A stretch of 64,000 nucleotides of DNA from Eledone cirrhosa. Lineage: Eukaryota. The DNA lies in NCBI GenBank assembly GCA_964016885.1, contig OZ024741.1, positions 263,624,001 through 263,688,000 of the forward strand, read 5' to 3'. Below the pieces are notes generated by a model. That model was given only the letters and a program-made list of their open reading frames with translations. It had not been told where the DNA came from and ran no database searches. This document shows, in pieces, positions 1 to 14,629 of the stretch; the first letter of the stretch is position 1; every line of letters begins with the position of its first letter. The position numbers and the translations under genes were made by a program.

Positions 1-1134
1 AATGTTCTCTGGGCAATGAGGGCACTGCTCTTCCACTTTCCTCCCTATCTCATGTGCTTCTTTGCTAGTCTTTTCATCTTTTGTATCATCGTCATTGTTC
101 TTCTTGTACTAATAACTATTTTTTATTTGCTTTCTTATAATTGTCCTCTTCCTCCTCTTATAATCATTTTTACATCTGCTTTTCCACACTTGCAGGGGTT
201 AGATAGGTCCTTTTTACCACAGCATCTCACCACTCACTGAGTTCATCATCTCCTCTGTAAGTTTCAGCAATTTGAGATCAGCTCTCAACACCTCCACCCA
301 GGTCTTCCTTCATCTACCTTTCTACTTATATAAAAACGATATGTTAAGTTATTATCTTAGCAATGAAATAATAATTTTATTAAATCCCTCAAAAGTCTTC
401 ATGGATTAATTGAAAAAAGTATTTCACTGGAAATATGGTTACAAAAAGTTTAAATTGATCCTTATATTTGACTTGTAATGTATTTGATCAACCCAGGAAA
501 ACAGAAGGTTGACCAGCGGGAATTGAAATAAGAACAGAAGCCATAACTAAAACCTTGTATTGTATTTTTTTGTCTGATGCTCTAACGATTTTGCCAACCT
601 TTATAATGATTCCATAATTGGCTTGGAATAAAAAAAATCAAAATGTCTAAAATTAACTTAGGTGTGTCTGTAATAGATTAAAATATAACTGTAAGGTTAG
701 CAAGCACACACACTGAGCCGTATGCGTAGGTAGGAATACTCAGTTTCTTTGCCTAGTGTGAGAACTAAGTTAACAAATGCTGGTATAGGTTATTTGGTTG
801 ACTTGTAAGCATTAACAGAGGGAGTCCATTGATTGAAGGAATAACTGGAGCAAGGTCATCTGGTCCTCCTATCTTGGCTGGAAATGGCATGATGGTGGTG
901 GCAGTGTTGTAGCTGTTGATGTTGGTGCAGGACATGATTGGGAAGTTGGTGGGAAATATGTGAAAAAGAGAGAAAAAGAGGGGTGTGGGGCTCATTAGAA
1001 AAATTAGGGCAGGCTTGATTGAGAAAGAGATGAAAGGAGAGCATTTTTGATCTGTTGGCTGATCAATAAGTCAATGTGTGTGTGACAGTAAATTAGTACT
1101 ATGCCACTCACCCACAATTTACCCAATGTAACTA

Positions 1135-1920
1135 CACCAGCGCCACCACATCCACTACCACCAGCGCCACCATATCCACTACCACCAACACCAACATATC
1201 CACTACCACCAACACCACCATATCCACTACCACCAACACCACCATATCCACTACCACCAACACCACCATGTCCACTACCACCAACACCACCATGTCCACT
1301 ACCACCAACACCACCACGTCCACTACCACCAACACCACCACGTCCACTACCACCAACACCACCACGTCCACTACCACCAACACCACCACGTCCACTACCA
1401 CCAACACCACCACGTCCACTACCACCAACACCACCACGTCCACTACCACCAACACCACCACGTCCACTACCACCAACACCACCACGTCCACTACCACCAA
1501 CACCACCACGTCCACTACCACCAACACCACCACGTCCACTACCACCAACACCACCACGTCCACTACCACCAACACCACCACGTCCACTACCACCAACACC
1601 ACCACGTCCACTACCACCAACACCACCACGTCCACTACCACCAACACCACCACGTCCACTACCACCAACACCACCACGTCCACTACCACCAACACCACCA
1701 CGTCCACTACCACCAACACCACCACGTCCACTACCACCAACACCACCACGTCCACCACCACCATATCCACTACCACCACCACCATATCCACTACCACCAT
1801 ATCCACTACCACCATATCCACTACCACCACCATATCCACTACCACCACCACATCCACTACTACCAGCACCACCACATCCACTACCACCATATCCACTACC
1901 ACCATATCCACTACCACATG
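1135..1920. repeat. 24-bp C/A-rich minisatellite (unit CCACCAACACCACCACGTCCACTA) with degenerate edges
   Basis: About 25 near-perfect tandem units are visible. The low-complexity ORFs on both strands ([16 protein letters not shown]) are by-products. Confidence 0.95.
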
Positions 1921-4900
1921 CACCTCTCCATTCCCAACTACAATAATTTATTTTCCTCAGATTGTAGTAATAAAAATAAATCTAACACACCCACACACAG
2001 GACCCTTCACACATTATACCATCATAAACACACATGCTATGTACCTCCAGACACCATGTTCCCATCTCATATATGTCAAACCCTCAACACAGTATCCATA
2101 ATTCTTTCACACTATACCTCACTTATACACACACACTATACTCCCTTCACAGTACACCAGCGGTCTCCAATTCAAGGACTCAAAGGGTCATTACATCCTG
2201 GGAGAGAAGCAGTGAGATCGGGTTGGTGTAGTGTTTGATTTCCACCTGATATAATGTTAATCTGTAATCTGCAAGGGACAAATTTTCTGTTTTCCTTAAG
2301 TAGTCACAAAAATTGTTTGGCTGTGGGCCTTGCGTTTAAGCCTCCTGCACCACAACTCACAAAACCTTCTCCACACACATTTGCATAGGTGGAGTATAGT
2401 GTATCACTTTTGCAACTACATGTTCAACCCCACTCCCATACTCCTATAATTATTCCAATTAAACATTAAATCTCCCCTAATTATTTCATTGTTCTTTTCC
2501 CACCAATTATCTTCCAAGAACTTTCTGCCCCATCCCAAAGCCCCCAAAAGTCAAGAAGTTATGAACAGTGCCCTTGCATCGACTTCATACTTTCTTTCTT
2601 CTTCTCTCTTACTACAATCTATCATTGACAAGTGTTGTGAAGAGATTTAAACTCTTTGTGTCCTGTTGATTGCAGGATCCTCCAGAGCAGTGATTCTGAA
2701 ACTTATTTTGTTGAACTTTAAACCCTTTCATCACCATATCTCTAATTAAATACACTGTTTCAATTAATTTTTCTCATTACTAACCTAATAGCTTAAATAG
2801 TTCTCATATCAAATTATGTTGGAAAAGTTCAATTTAAATGGGTGGCTTTGTTTCATAGAACCAGGAGCGATTTTGGTCAGGTTCGTACAAAGGGGTTAAT
2901 TAATGATTTTCCCAAATTGTGGACCCTAAACCGGTAGTGTATGGACAGTTCCAACCCCCACCTAATTTTAATGCTTTGAATGAAACAAAATTGTTTGAGA
3001 TAATATATTCATATTTAAAAAAATTTTAAAAATAATTTTGATGAAATGTAGCCATTCTTATAAACTGTACTTAAAATGTAGTATAGGTTGCCGCGAGTAA
3101 GGGCATCTGGCTGCACAAAATCTGCCTTGAAAAAAATCTCATCTAACCGATTGGAAAAGCAGGTTGATTCAAGCTTTGTGAATGAAATTTACTAGATGGA
3201 AACTGTGGAAGCCTGTTGGATGAAGTGTACTTGTAATTTGAAGGACTGGTTTTGTCACACTTTATCACACTGAACCTCTTTGAGGCTTGATTATGTTAAG
3301 GGTACACGAGTCTGGGAAATACTCAGCTACTTGCACATGTAGGTTCGAACTACTGAAATAGTCATCATAGAAGATAAAGAATTGATAGAATCTTGGTAAT
3401 GGATGGAATCTTCATAGACATCCGACAGTATTAGTGATGGGATGTGAACTACCTACTCTTCCTTTTACAGGTAGTGGTGACACATTATCAACTCAGTAGA
3501 CTGTGGCTCCTCATGTAAAAGAAACAAAAAAAGAACGAAAGAAGTTTCCATTATAGATGTTCCAAAAGTAAGACACCATTTATCATAGCAATATTTAACC
3601 CTTCTGTTACCATATTTCTCATGAAAGACACTACATATGATTTTCAAATAATTTTGAAACTAAGAATTGGAAGGAATTTAGTAATATAACTAACTTAATC
3701 ATGCTAAGGTTAGCTTTGCCTTTCATGTTTTTGGGGCTGATAAATTAAAGTACTAGTCAAGTCGATTTAATCAACTTTCCTCTCCCCTTCAGATTGCTGG
3801 CCTAGTGCCTAAAGTAGAAACAATTATTTATCTGTTGTTTAACCTAAAGCTTCTTACATAAGTATTAATCCTTCTGCTACTATATTTCTAATGAAAGACA
3901 GCTTATGGTTTTCAAATTATTTTGAAAATACTAAACAATTGGGAGGGATTTTATAATAAAACTTGCTCATTATTAAGTAGGCATTTGTGATATATTATAA
4001 CAAATGTTCATACATAAAATTATGATGGAAAGTTTTTAGATTAATATAAACACTTTAAAACAAACAGTAGGCAATTAAAGCTAAGGCCACGGAAGCTAGT
4101 AGTAGGTCCAGATCAGATGTGAAATATGAGCTCCCATTTCAAACTGCTCATGAAGTATTTTAGTAATTAGTGCTAAATACATAGGTTACTGGTATATATA
4201 TATGTTTGTTTTGTAGATGGTTTATATATAGGTTACTGGTATATATATATGTTTATGCTTTGTAGATGTATAGACTTGTAACTCTTGAGTCATAGGGGCG
4301 TCTCCAGCTCCGAACACAGTTGGTTTCTTCAAGAGAACGAGTGAGTGAGAGGAAATGAAAGATATAAGGGAAGAATCTACCCCAGTATTGGACGAGTACT
4401 TTTTTTTTTTTACCTTGAAAGGATGAAAGGCAAAGTTGATCACAGCAGGATTTGAAATCAGAGATCACAAAGTATTCTATCTGACCTTCCATCAACTCTG
4501 TTAATTCACTGCATGTTGTGTAAATGATGTATTTAGAAATAACAGAACAAGTAAGCCACCTCAAAATTGCAGGCCCATGCTAGCTGGCTCACCTTTCCCT
4601 TCTGGTCTGGCCCACAGATATACCAGTGTATCATAATCAAAGCTTTTTAGACATATCTTAAAATATAAAAATAATAATAATAAAAAAACCCTCAAACTGC
4701 TGACCTTGTTACATGGTGGAAGTGTGAGGAGGAAAAGATGTGGTGGTCTGGGAATAGGATAGACAAACAGTGAAGTTGTTGTAGACCTCTTCTTAGGCTC
4801 TGCCTGAGCAAACATAGGGTAAGGAGATAGCTAATTTCAATGTTTGTGAACAGTCTCTTTTCTTTCTCATTTTTGTTTTAAAACACTTCTCTTGATTTTA

Positions 4901-7645
4901 GTGATAAAATTATCAGAGTGTGAGTTCACATCCTCTGAGGTGTTTTATTCTATATTGCCTCCTTCTTCTTACTTCCTCTCTTTCCATGCTGGCATAGGTT
5001 CAATGGATCATCAGTGCTTCAAACTAGACACATTGAAGGAACTACTCCCTCATATGTTTTATATTTTGGTATGGTTTCTACAGCTGTATGCCTTTCCTGA
5101 TGTCATCCACTTTACAGAGTATACTTTGTAGTTTTAAAAACAAAAAACAAGCAAACAAACAAAACAAAACAAATTTTTAAAAAGAAAAGATCAATAGAGC
5201 TAATTATCTCTCCTATCAATCAATATACTGATCTTGAAAAACTCATATTATTGATACTGTTTAGTCAGTGAGGGAAGTGTAGTGCCCATGATTCTTTTCA
5301 AGCCCTTTGATACTGGTGGGAGGGAGGGAGGGAAAGTGTCATTAACAGAGTTGACTCCATTAAAGGCACTCAATGTGACTGTGTTAAATTTGGCAGTGCA
5401 AGTAGGACATGGCAGAATTTGAACTCAGAATGCAGAGAGTTGGGACAAATAGCTCTGGATATTTATTTTTTGGGGGTCTCTGCATTTTGAGTTCAAATCT
5501 TGCCAAGGTTCATTTTGCTTTTCACCCTTTTGGGGCCATTAAAGAAAGTATCATCCTGGTGCTGGAGCAGCCATTTCATCTTCAGGTCATCACATTCTGG
5601 TTTTTCTACTGGATCAAGGGAAGGAGGGTCAAGAGGGTACCTGTGTCTACTTGTGAATTATTTTGGTACCGAAAACCCGTAAAGTCGTTTGCTATTTGTT
5701 TTAGCAGTTACTTTTGTTGTGCAGGTTTACTGATAGTAAAAGCAGTAATACTGTGTGCAAACATCAGTTTTGCTTAGTTCAGGGACAGCTCTGTTATGTT
5801 TGTTTATCTTTGTCCTGTAAAACATCTGTTCAAACCACCTTGTGTATGTCATCAATTTATCATATGATTTTGGCCATTCAAAATAACAGCTTGCTGTTTA
5901 TTTCAGTGATTGAGGGCAGGTGGGCTGCTACAAACAATGGAATTATTTTTTATAGATGTCCTTCATTTGCTCACCATAGAACCATGCTCTTTTACTTGTT
6001 TTTGAATTGGAATGTGGCCAAGCTAGAGCACTATATTTTCTCCACCTTCAATGCTATAATTACACTTTTTCTGTTCCCCACACAACCATTGCATGCCACA
6101 CCCTCTTACTACTTCCCTGTTTATTCTTGCCTTATTGCCCCCCCCCCCCCCCTCCCTTTTCTCTTTTATATCCTATCTTGATAGCTGGTTGTTGTCTCAC
6201 TACTCTTTGCTCTCTTTCTTTTTGTCATCCATCCATCACCTCTTAATTCTCACCACACTATTCCATCAGCAACCTCATCATTTTTACCTGCTCTCACTGC
6301 TGCTCAAACCCAGGTCAGCCCTCATTAAACAGACCTATAATGAAAGGCATGTCATACCACTGTTTTACCTGCTTTTGCTGCTGTTCAGCTCTCATTAAAC
6401 AGGCAAGAATGAAAGGCATGCCACTCATGACCACCGCACCTTTTATATACAGGAAGCTCAAAACCACACTATTCAATGAGTCTTTGTTTTCAAGAGTGTG
6501 TGTATCATTTGGGGGTAGATTTGGCTGCTATTTCTAACAGGTGAAATGACCATGTAGATTGGCTTGCTATCACTGCTGCTGCAGTTGTTGTTGCTGTTGT
6601 TGGTCATGCAGCTACTGCATTGCTGTTTTGCTGCTGATGTTACTAATGTTGCTGCTGTTGCTAGCTCCTTGACTGCTGCTAGTACAGTTGCTGTGAAACT
6701 ACCATGACTACTACCAAAGATGTTGCTAGTTAAGACAGCAACTGCTGCTGCTACTGCTGCTGTTGCTACAGCTACATACTTCCAATGCTGTCACTGTTCT
6801 GGTAGTCAGGCAACTTTTCCATCAAGGCTGTTTGTCTTTCTTTCCTCACTACCTTCCTTCTTTCCTCTCTTTCTACCATGCAAGCTGTTTTTACAGATTG
6901 TAACTGAAGAATCGGTTTAAGGTGTTTATGACATTCTCAAGTTGGGTTTCTAATATCCCCCTATCGAATATAACATCCATAGAATTAATCTAGGTGTTTG
7001 TATTTAGCTCTCCTATTGCAATGTTCTTTATTCTGGCATTCTTTCCTTTTATATGCAGTTCTTTATTAGCTTCTTGTGTCTCTGTATGTGTTTGATATTC
7101 CAGGTCTGTTCAGCTATTTAACGCACACACACTTTCTCTCTAATAAAACACAAGAGTCAGATGACAACCACTTTGAGCTAGATTGGTTTGGGAAATTTGA
7201 CATTTTCCTCCTTAACCCCTCCCCCCTCTGATGAGATGGTCAGTAGTCGAGGGGCAGCTATCTATAGCTCCAAGCCTACCCATGCATCTGTCTGCTGCCT
7301 GTGTACCTGTTTGCCTATTTATCTACCTACCTACCTACATACCTGCCTCTGTTTGACTGTCAATTTATAGTTATCTATGTATACTTACTAATATATCTAT
7401 CTTTGAACAAGAAACACAACAAAGCACAAACCCCAATAGCAGTTCAAAAATAGACACAGATAAGTAGAACAGTCATTGTAATTTAGTGGATATATATATT
7501 TGATAATGATTAAAGAAAATGTGAAATAAAATTGTTGTAATTGATTTTAATGAAGCTAAAATGAAATATGGTGATGGCCAGAGTGACAAGGTCAAGGAAA
7601 ATTGAAGCAACTTTATATAGAATGTTGTAATCAAGGAATTATTAA

Positions 7646-7845
7646 CCCTTTAGCATTTACATTACTCTTTATATACTATTGTATTTTTGTGGTAAAGGCT
7701 TTATTTTACATAATTATGTCACATAATATTGAATCTGAGATTTTGATGTTTATTTTGAGAACAATACCTTAACATCAGTATGAGTGGCCAGTTACAGCTA
7801 GTTTGAACAGAAAGAAGTGATACGGTCGGTTTAAATCATAAAGGG
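7646..7845. mobile_element. piggyBac-like MITE
   Basis: TTAA|CCCTTTAGCATTTA ... TTAAATCATAAAGGG|TTAA: CCC/GGG termini with a TTAA target duplication. Confidence 0.65.
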
Positions 7846-7859
7846 TTAAATATTTTATA

Positions 7860-8050
7860 TGGGGGTGCTGAAAAGTTCTTGGCTTTAAGGGTATTGTGAA
7901 AGGGTAGAGCTGTTAACTTTACAGGTGAAGTAGGACAGCTGCAATAAGTGCGTGAATCTGAGAGGAGAATATGTTGAAAAAAATCGTAATAAACTAATTT
8001 TCCTGTGTTTTCTTTTATCCCAAACCAGGAACTTTTCCAGCACCCCCTCA
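7860..8050. mobile_element. Tc1/mariner MITE
   Basis: Imperfect TIRs GGGGGTGCTGAAAAGTTCTTGG ... CCAGGAACTTTTCCAGCACCCCC, flanked by TA. Confidence 0.75.
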
Positions 8051-8085
8051 TATATATTAGAAAACAGTGACTGAAGTGTCTACAG

Positions 8086-8373
8086 CAGGCATGGGCAACC
8101 TTTTTTGGGAAGTGGGCCGCATGAGATCTGGCTCATCATCATATGGCTAATTTACATTCATGCTCACATAAAAAAAAAAAAAAAAAAAAAAAAACCGGCG
8201 GTAACTCGTTTTGTTTTGATTTGTTTCTTCAGAATTCCTACACGTTGTTTTCCTCGATCGTAAAAATGATAGAAAGATAAATTACGACTGAAAAGTTTGG
8301 GTAAAAAAAAAATCAGATTTCACTTAGGTGAGCCATTCAGAAAGCTTCGTGGGCCGTAGGTTGCCCATGACTG
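8086..8373. mobile_element. hAT-superfamily MITE
   Basis: TIRs CAGGCATGGGCAACC / GGTTGCCCATGACTG and a perfect 8-bp TSD GTCTACAG (8078-8085 and 8374-8381). Confidence 0.9.
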
Positions 8374-8704
8374 GTCTACAGGTTCATGCTCAGGTGTTCT
8401 CTAGGTCCTTGAGTCACTGATATAGATTCCTGGCTATAGTAAAGAATATATCACTCTTCTCATGTATTGAGTTTTGTTTCTCCTGTTTCCATGTCAGTAT
8501 GGAAAATGGACACAATGATCATATTTATACACGCACACATGTGCGATGTACACAAGCGTATTAATAGCTCCAGCCATGAAGGCAACAGCAGTCTGATAGG
8601 GTCAACCACAGGCAGAACAAGTCATGTCAACCATTTCTTTGTAAAAATAAATGGCATCTACATTAATATACATATATATTAATATGAATACACACACACT
8701 TACA

Positions 8705-8823
8705 TTTTATTACAGAAATGACTTCTACAGGACTAGAAGTGTTTTGTTCGTCATAAATTATCTGGTTGATTTCTTACGAATGAAACAGTTCTAGTCCTGT
8801 AGAAGTCATTTCTATAATGAAAT
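8705..8823. repeat. About 120-bp inverted repeat (fold-back / small MITE)
   Basis: AGAAATGACTTCTACAGGACTAGAA pairs perfectly with TTCTAGTCCTGTAGAAGTCATTTCT, and the arms extend with mismatches. Confidence 0.8.
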
Positions 8824-8838
8824 TTAAAAAAAATATAA

Positions 8839-9947
8839 TCTATATATATAAAACTGAGGATGTCTGTCTCTGTGTGTGTGTTTGAATCCCTAAAACTCGA
8901 GAACCACCAATCGACTCTTTTCAAACTTTACACATATAATTGTTTCTACTTTAGGCACAAGGCCAGCAAAGTCCCAGTACTTTATTTTATCGACCCCGTA
9001 AGGATGAAAGGCAAAGTCAACCTCGGCGGGATTTGAACTCAGATCGTTAAGGGACGTAACTATGCTGGAAAGCATGGCGTCCGACCCTCTACCGATACTG
9101 CCAATCCACCACCTTAAACTTTACACATATAATACTTATGTTTCAGGGAGTGTTCTGAGCCCCAAAAATTTCAAATTTTCAATGCCCTAGGGACCGCATT
9201 AGGCAATTTAGCGATCTCTCTCTATAATTCTTAGTCTTTCTCTTTTTAGATAGATACATACATATAATGTCGCGCCCTTATAATATCTGTCTGTATGTCT
9301 GACAGTGTGCATTATGTCACTTCCCTGAGGATGTCTGTCTGTGTGGGTGTCTGTGAGTTTGAATCCCTAAAACTCGAGAAGTGCCCAACCAACTTTTTTC
9401 AAACTTTACATGTGTATTACTTATGTTTCAGGGAGTGTTATGCACAATTCAACTTTTTGATCCCCTAGGGCCCGCATTAGTTGAAAAACTCCGTTTTTTC
9501 AGGTTTTAAGTTTTTTTTTTAAGTCGTTATGTCGGACTGATTTACTTGAAATTGTAAGTATGTATTAATCAGTCTCTTCATACTGTGAGCAAAGAAAATC
9601 CAACTTTTTTATGGTCTAGGGCCTGCATTAGGTGAAAAACTTCATTTTTTTCCAGCTTTTTAGGGCTCCTTTGAGGCGTTACGTCTAGCCAATTTTCCCG
9701 AAATTTCAAGGCATATTATGCACATAAAAAAAAAATTCATTTTCTTGATCCCCTAGGGCCTGCATTAGGTGAAAACCTGCATTTTTCCTGCTTCATCAAA
9801 GAAAATCTTAAAGATTATCCAGCCATCAGAGTATTCGGTTTATTTTGTTCATGCATATATATTGTCCACACATGCAGTTTTTCCACGATTAGGTCTATTG
9901 GCGTTCCAAAATACCTTATCCTGTGCAACGCCGGGTATCACTGCTAG
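8839..9947 (+). mobile_element. Non-autonomous Helitron with internal duplications, interrupted by a SINE
   Basis: 5' A|TCTATATATATAAAA and 3' GC-rich segment followed by CTAG|T (insertion between A and T). The 5' segment recurs at about 9325-9480 and CCCTAGGG(C/A)C motifs repeat internally. Confidence 0.75.
8941..9115 (-). mobile_element. tRNA-derived SINE family 1, nested in the Helitron
   Basis: Minus strand has A box TGGCAGTATCGG, B box GAGTTCAAATCC and body GTTGACTTTGCCTTTCATCC...GGGTCGATAAAA. 18-bp TSD AAACTTTACACATATAAT at 8923-8940 and 9116-9133. Confidence 0.85.
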
Positions 9948-12900
9948 TATAATATAAAATGAATATACCTATACTCTAGTAATGTATCGAGTACCTTTTT
10001 TAACAGTGGCTGCCTTCCTATTTACATCGGGATCCTATACACACACACACACGTTGCACTAATATGATCATAACCTCTAAGTGTGACTATTATCATCATT
10101 GTTCAACTTCCACATTCCAAGCTTGCATGGGTTAGACAGGTTGTCACATTGAAGCATGTCAAGTCGAGTGGCTGCATTGTGCTTATATGGACCTGTTTTG
10201 GGCTTGGTTTCTATGGCTGGATGCCCTATTTTAATGCCAACCATGTTATAGCATGGACTGCATGCTTTTGATTGTGGCACTGAAACGAGCACCTTACAGG
10301 GTGGACTGGGCACTTTTTTGTTGTTACCAGCATGATCACTATACAGGGCGGACTGGGTGATTTTTGCTGTAGCAACACCAGTTCTTGTTACCATACAGGG
10401 TGGACTAAGTGCTTTTTGTCGTGGCAGCAGCTGGAGCGTGTCCAGTTTTCCATGCTTATATGCATGGATTGGACAGGTGTATCAAGGGGGTGGGATTTTG
10501 GGGAGGGGATAGGAATGAGTAAGCGCGTTGGACATGAGCAAGGTAAATAGGTAGGTCTGAGGATATTTAACTGATATTTTAAGATTGTATTAAGAAGAGT
10601 GGTGCAGGCTAGTGAACTCATAAAACATAACCTTAGTTGTTTGTCTATTTGATAAACAGCTGGGCTTGTTGAAACTATTTGTGAAACATCTAGGTTATTC
10701 ACTTAAGTGGATAACAGTACTATTCAACTGTTAACATGTTACTGCATTATATTTACTGGTGATTTTTAAAAAACACCAGTAAAATTTACTGGGGGTATTA
10801 ATATGCTCAAACGTTCATTGCCGCCACAATTTGTGAACATATGTGTATATAAGAAATTAATATTTCAATTGTAACATGCATACACCTTCGGATATTGGCT
10901 GAAGCGCTATAGCCCCAAACATAATGCCTTGTGGAATTTATTTAGAATTCTTGCTGAGGTTGCCTTTCATCTGTCTGCGGTATTTTTTAATAAAATATCT
11001 ATCTAGTCTGGTGAACTGGTGGAATTGCTAGAATGTCAAACTTGACCCAGTTTTGTTTTGCATTCTGAGTTCAAATCCTACCATGGCTTCCTTGGGTGGA
11101 ATGTTTGAGCCATTGTCTGGTTTACCACTACCACCAAGTGTAATAGAAATAACAGAACACTGGTATCATACCTTGTATTTATTTACACCCCTTTCACATT
11201 TCTGAGTTTAACCCTTTAATGACTGTATTTCTAATGAAATATACTGTATTTCAATTAATAAAAGATTTTGAGATAGTTATTAAAATTATTAATTTTATTA
11301 CTAAGATAGTAATTTATTTGTTTCTACTTTTTGGCACAAGGCCAGCAATTACCCAGTGCATTACTGGGGATTTTTATTTCATAGAACCAGAGCTGGTTTT
11401 GACCAGATTGGTAACTAAATGGTTAAATCCTATTTTTATGTTGATGTCTTTGACTTTCATTCATCTGCCACCAATAAAATATGTTCCAACCAGGTGAGAT
11501 TGAGCTGGATTCAACCAATGAATCCACAGCACTGCAAACAAAAGCTGACCACACAGCAACCACAGAGTTCTGATGTGGAAATAGTTAACCAGTCGCAGCA
11601 GATGCCATATATGTGTGACCCAGATATCAGTTTCAGCTATTTCCCGGTTGTAAGTATTGTGTGTACCTGGTCTAGAATAGGCACAATGTATCCCTCAGTA
11701 TTATAAGACTGAACAGGTTGCCACAAGGAGGGCATCTGGCCATAAAAAAACAAAAAAAAACAAAAAAAACATTGCCTGTAAAAGGACCCTAGGATGAATA
11801 TAAAGCTTGCCATGGGGTTAGCAAGGCTCACCTTTGCTTTAGCAGGAGAAGTAGCTATAAAACACTTATGTTTTCTATCTGTCTTGATTGTATTAAGCCA
11901 GTTGTTCTCATCATTTATACTAGGCCCAGGAAGATTTCTGGCACCACTACTTTGCCAGATAAGTTTATTTAATGCCTGAGAGAGTATATGACCAAACCAA
12001 TGGGAGGTACCTTTTGAGTAGGAGTTGTTGAAGCTACTCAGCTTGAGTCAATCGATTAATACTCCTCTCTTTCTTTTGTGACCGAGTGCCAATGAAAGAA
12101 ATCAATATTTTATATCAATAATATTTGCTTTCATCTGTAAATATCCTCCTGTGTTATATCTATTGAAAATTTCAATGATTATATTGTTATATAACATATG
12201 CCATGCATTTTATATCATGAGATGGTTATTATTCATTTATATGATATTGCTGTGGTATATCTTTTTCACAATATCTAGCTATCTCTGTTCTGCTACTTAA
12301 CACTTTTCCATGTCATATTCATTGATAATGTCTTACTTGCCTTCTGTTTTAACAGCTTGCAATGTTGATTATAGTCATTAAAAGATATCTTAGTTGTGGT
12401 TGTTTAACACCAGGTCAGTCTTGTTCCTGTAGGCATTGCATTGATCAAAGCTATTTCAGTCGTGATCATCTACTCACCCACCACTCTCACCCCTGGACAT
12501 AGTGTATTCAACACTGGACCGTCCAACATGTTCTTTAAGGCTCTAATTCGAGGGAAAATGTTGCCCCCCCCCCCTCTCTCTCTCTCTCTCTCCAAGTTGA
12601 GTGACTGACAAAGAAGCAACTGCATGGCTAGTTTACCTACTAGAAATAAATAATATATATGTATATGTATTATGGAAAACCATGAAGTTTTGTCTACATG
12701 TAGTTAGTTTTTGTGTATGAACATGCGTTTTTAGAGGATTGGCTCAAGGTTATCCATAGAAGTTATGGGCCAGACTCTGTTATCTATCTGCTCACCAGAC
12801 CGGTGATTTGATAAAAACTGCAACATGCTCCTTGAGAAATTGAAGGACATATCATAAACATGATAAAAAAAACCTTGTGTGTGTGTGTGTGTGTATTGCC

Positions 12901-13223
12901 AATGGAGTGTGTGTGTGTATGTATGTATGTATATATGTATGTGTATATAGTTCAAGATCAAAACAGAGAAACATACAGAACAAAAGCAGTCTTCTTGTGT
13001 GTAGGAAAGAAAGGTTGGAAGATAAAACAAAACAAAAGTTTATCAGATTTGGTGAGGTGGGCAATGCAGAGAATTGGTGCAAAAGTGATCTATCATTCGG
13101 CTTGTGTGTATTTTTGTTTATTTGCCAACAGGGAATGTATGTGTGTGTGTATTATCAGTGTATGTAGTTTGGTTTGTGTTTTTGTGTATTGCCAATGGAA
13201 ATGTGTATGTGTTTTTATACTTT

Positions 13224-13752
13224 ATCATCATCATCATCGTTTAACGTCCATATTCCACGCTTGCATGGGTTTGGACGGGAGTTTTCCCACTTGAGGCAAG
13301 ACTGGTTGTCTTGCTCGCATAGGACTGTCTGGCGGGTTTTCTACAGCTGGATGCCCTTCCTTACACCAACCACATTTACAGTGTGGAACTGGGAGGTTTT
13401 TACCGTGTTACCTACATGGCCACATTACAGCGTGGACTGTTTTTTTGTCGTGACACCTACACGATCTCATTTGTTTCGGGCTGGATGTTGTGGTACCAAC
13501 ATAACTTTACATTGAAAAGGGTGGTGTGGATGGGGTGGGGGTAGTGAGACGGGGGTGTATTTTGTTAGAGGTGCCTACTGACTGTAGTAGGTTTCACTTT
13601 GTACTTAGGTAAGGCGGGTCTTCTCTATTACTGTGTAGCGCCAAAGATCTCGGTCCAGCGACATTGTCTTGGAGAGGTGTGTGTGAGGTCGGAATTGATC
13701 AAGTCGTCCCAGGTTTTTCTGGGTCTGCCTACTCCGTGGCTACCGTCTATTT
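13224..13752 (-). mobile_element. RTE LINE family A, 3' fragment with (GAT)n tail
   Basis: Matches the 3' end of the copies at 32.5, 42.5 and 52.4 kb, including the GRPRKTW coding end and the 3' UTR. Confidence 0.9.
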
Positions 13753-14629
13753 TTCTTTATATATGTATATATATATATATAAATCTGTTTATTTGTACTC
13801 CTGAAGAAGGGCTTAAGCCTGACACGCCAAAATTTCTTTCCTCTTTCTTCTTTCCAAATAATGTGCCTATGTTGAACCTCTGTTTGTTGTCTCCTTGAAC
13901 TATATATATAGGTTATATCAAACATTAATAATAATGTCAATTCGTTTGTAAAAAACAGCCCGATTTGAAGTTGTGGCGTGCCGGTGACCTGTGTGTGTGT
14001 ATACGTGTGCATACTTTTATGTATCAGCTGTACTAGGGCGCAAAATATAATTCTCATTATATATATATATATTTGTTTTGTGCTGGCACCACAATAAAGT
14101 GCACATAGTCTACTTTGTAAAGGTGGCAGTGTGAGTGTCTCAGTAAATTGTTCCCAGTACATGTAGGTTGGCATTAAGCAAGGTATCCAGCAGTAGAAAC
14201 CATGTTAAATTGAAATGTATGAATGTGCAAGACACATTCATCTGACCTGCCAAATCTCAGGTGACAACTTGTCCAACCCATACCAGCATGGAAAAATTAT
14301 ATCAGACAACGATGTTGATGATTCATGAACTACTAGTTGCCTTACTAAATAAATTAGTATTGTCAGTTCTTTATTCTTCCTCCCCTCTTCCCCCCTATTA
14401 GTGACAAATATTCAAATAATACATGTGACTAACTGCCTTTCATTGAAACAATCCAAACTTTTATGACAGGATGAGCTTTATTCATTTAATCTTTTTTTTG
14501 TAATTTTATATTTATAAAATTATTGGGGGTTCTGGAGGGGGTGTTTGATTATGTTCTTTCTATGGTTGATGTGGCTGATGACAAAAACAAATTATTGAAC
14601 CATGTCAGCACATATGGACATGTTGTTAA

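Noticed and set aside
1101-2101. Pro-rich, Thr-rich and Val-rich ORFs resembling extensin or mucin
   Set aside because: They are open in several frames on both strands only because the 24-bp unit lacks stops there. No signal peptide or unique coding flank.
6560-6780. (GCT/GTT)-rich tract suggesting a poly-Ala or poly-Gln exon
   Set aside because: Degenerate trinucleotide repeat without convincing splice sites or a sustained frame.
7223-7256. CCCCT-CTGATGA-GATGGTCAGTAGTC-GAGGGG hammerhead-like start
   Set aside because: GAAA, stem III and the cleavage triplet are absent.
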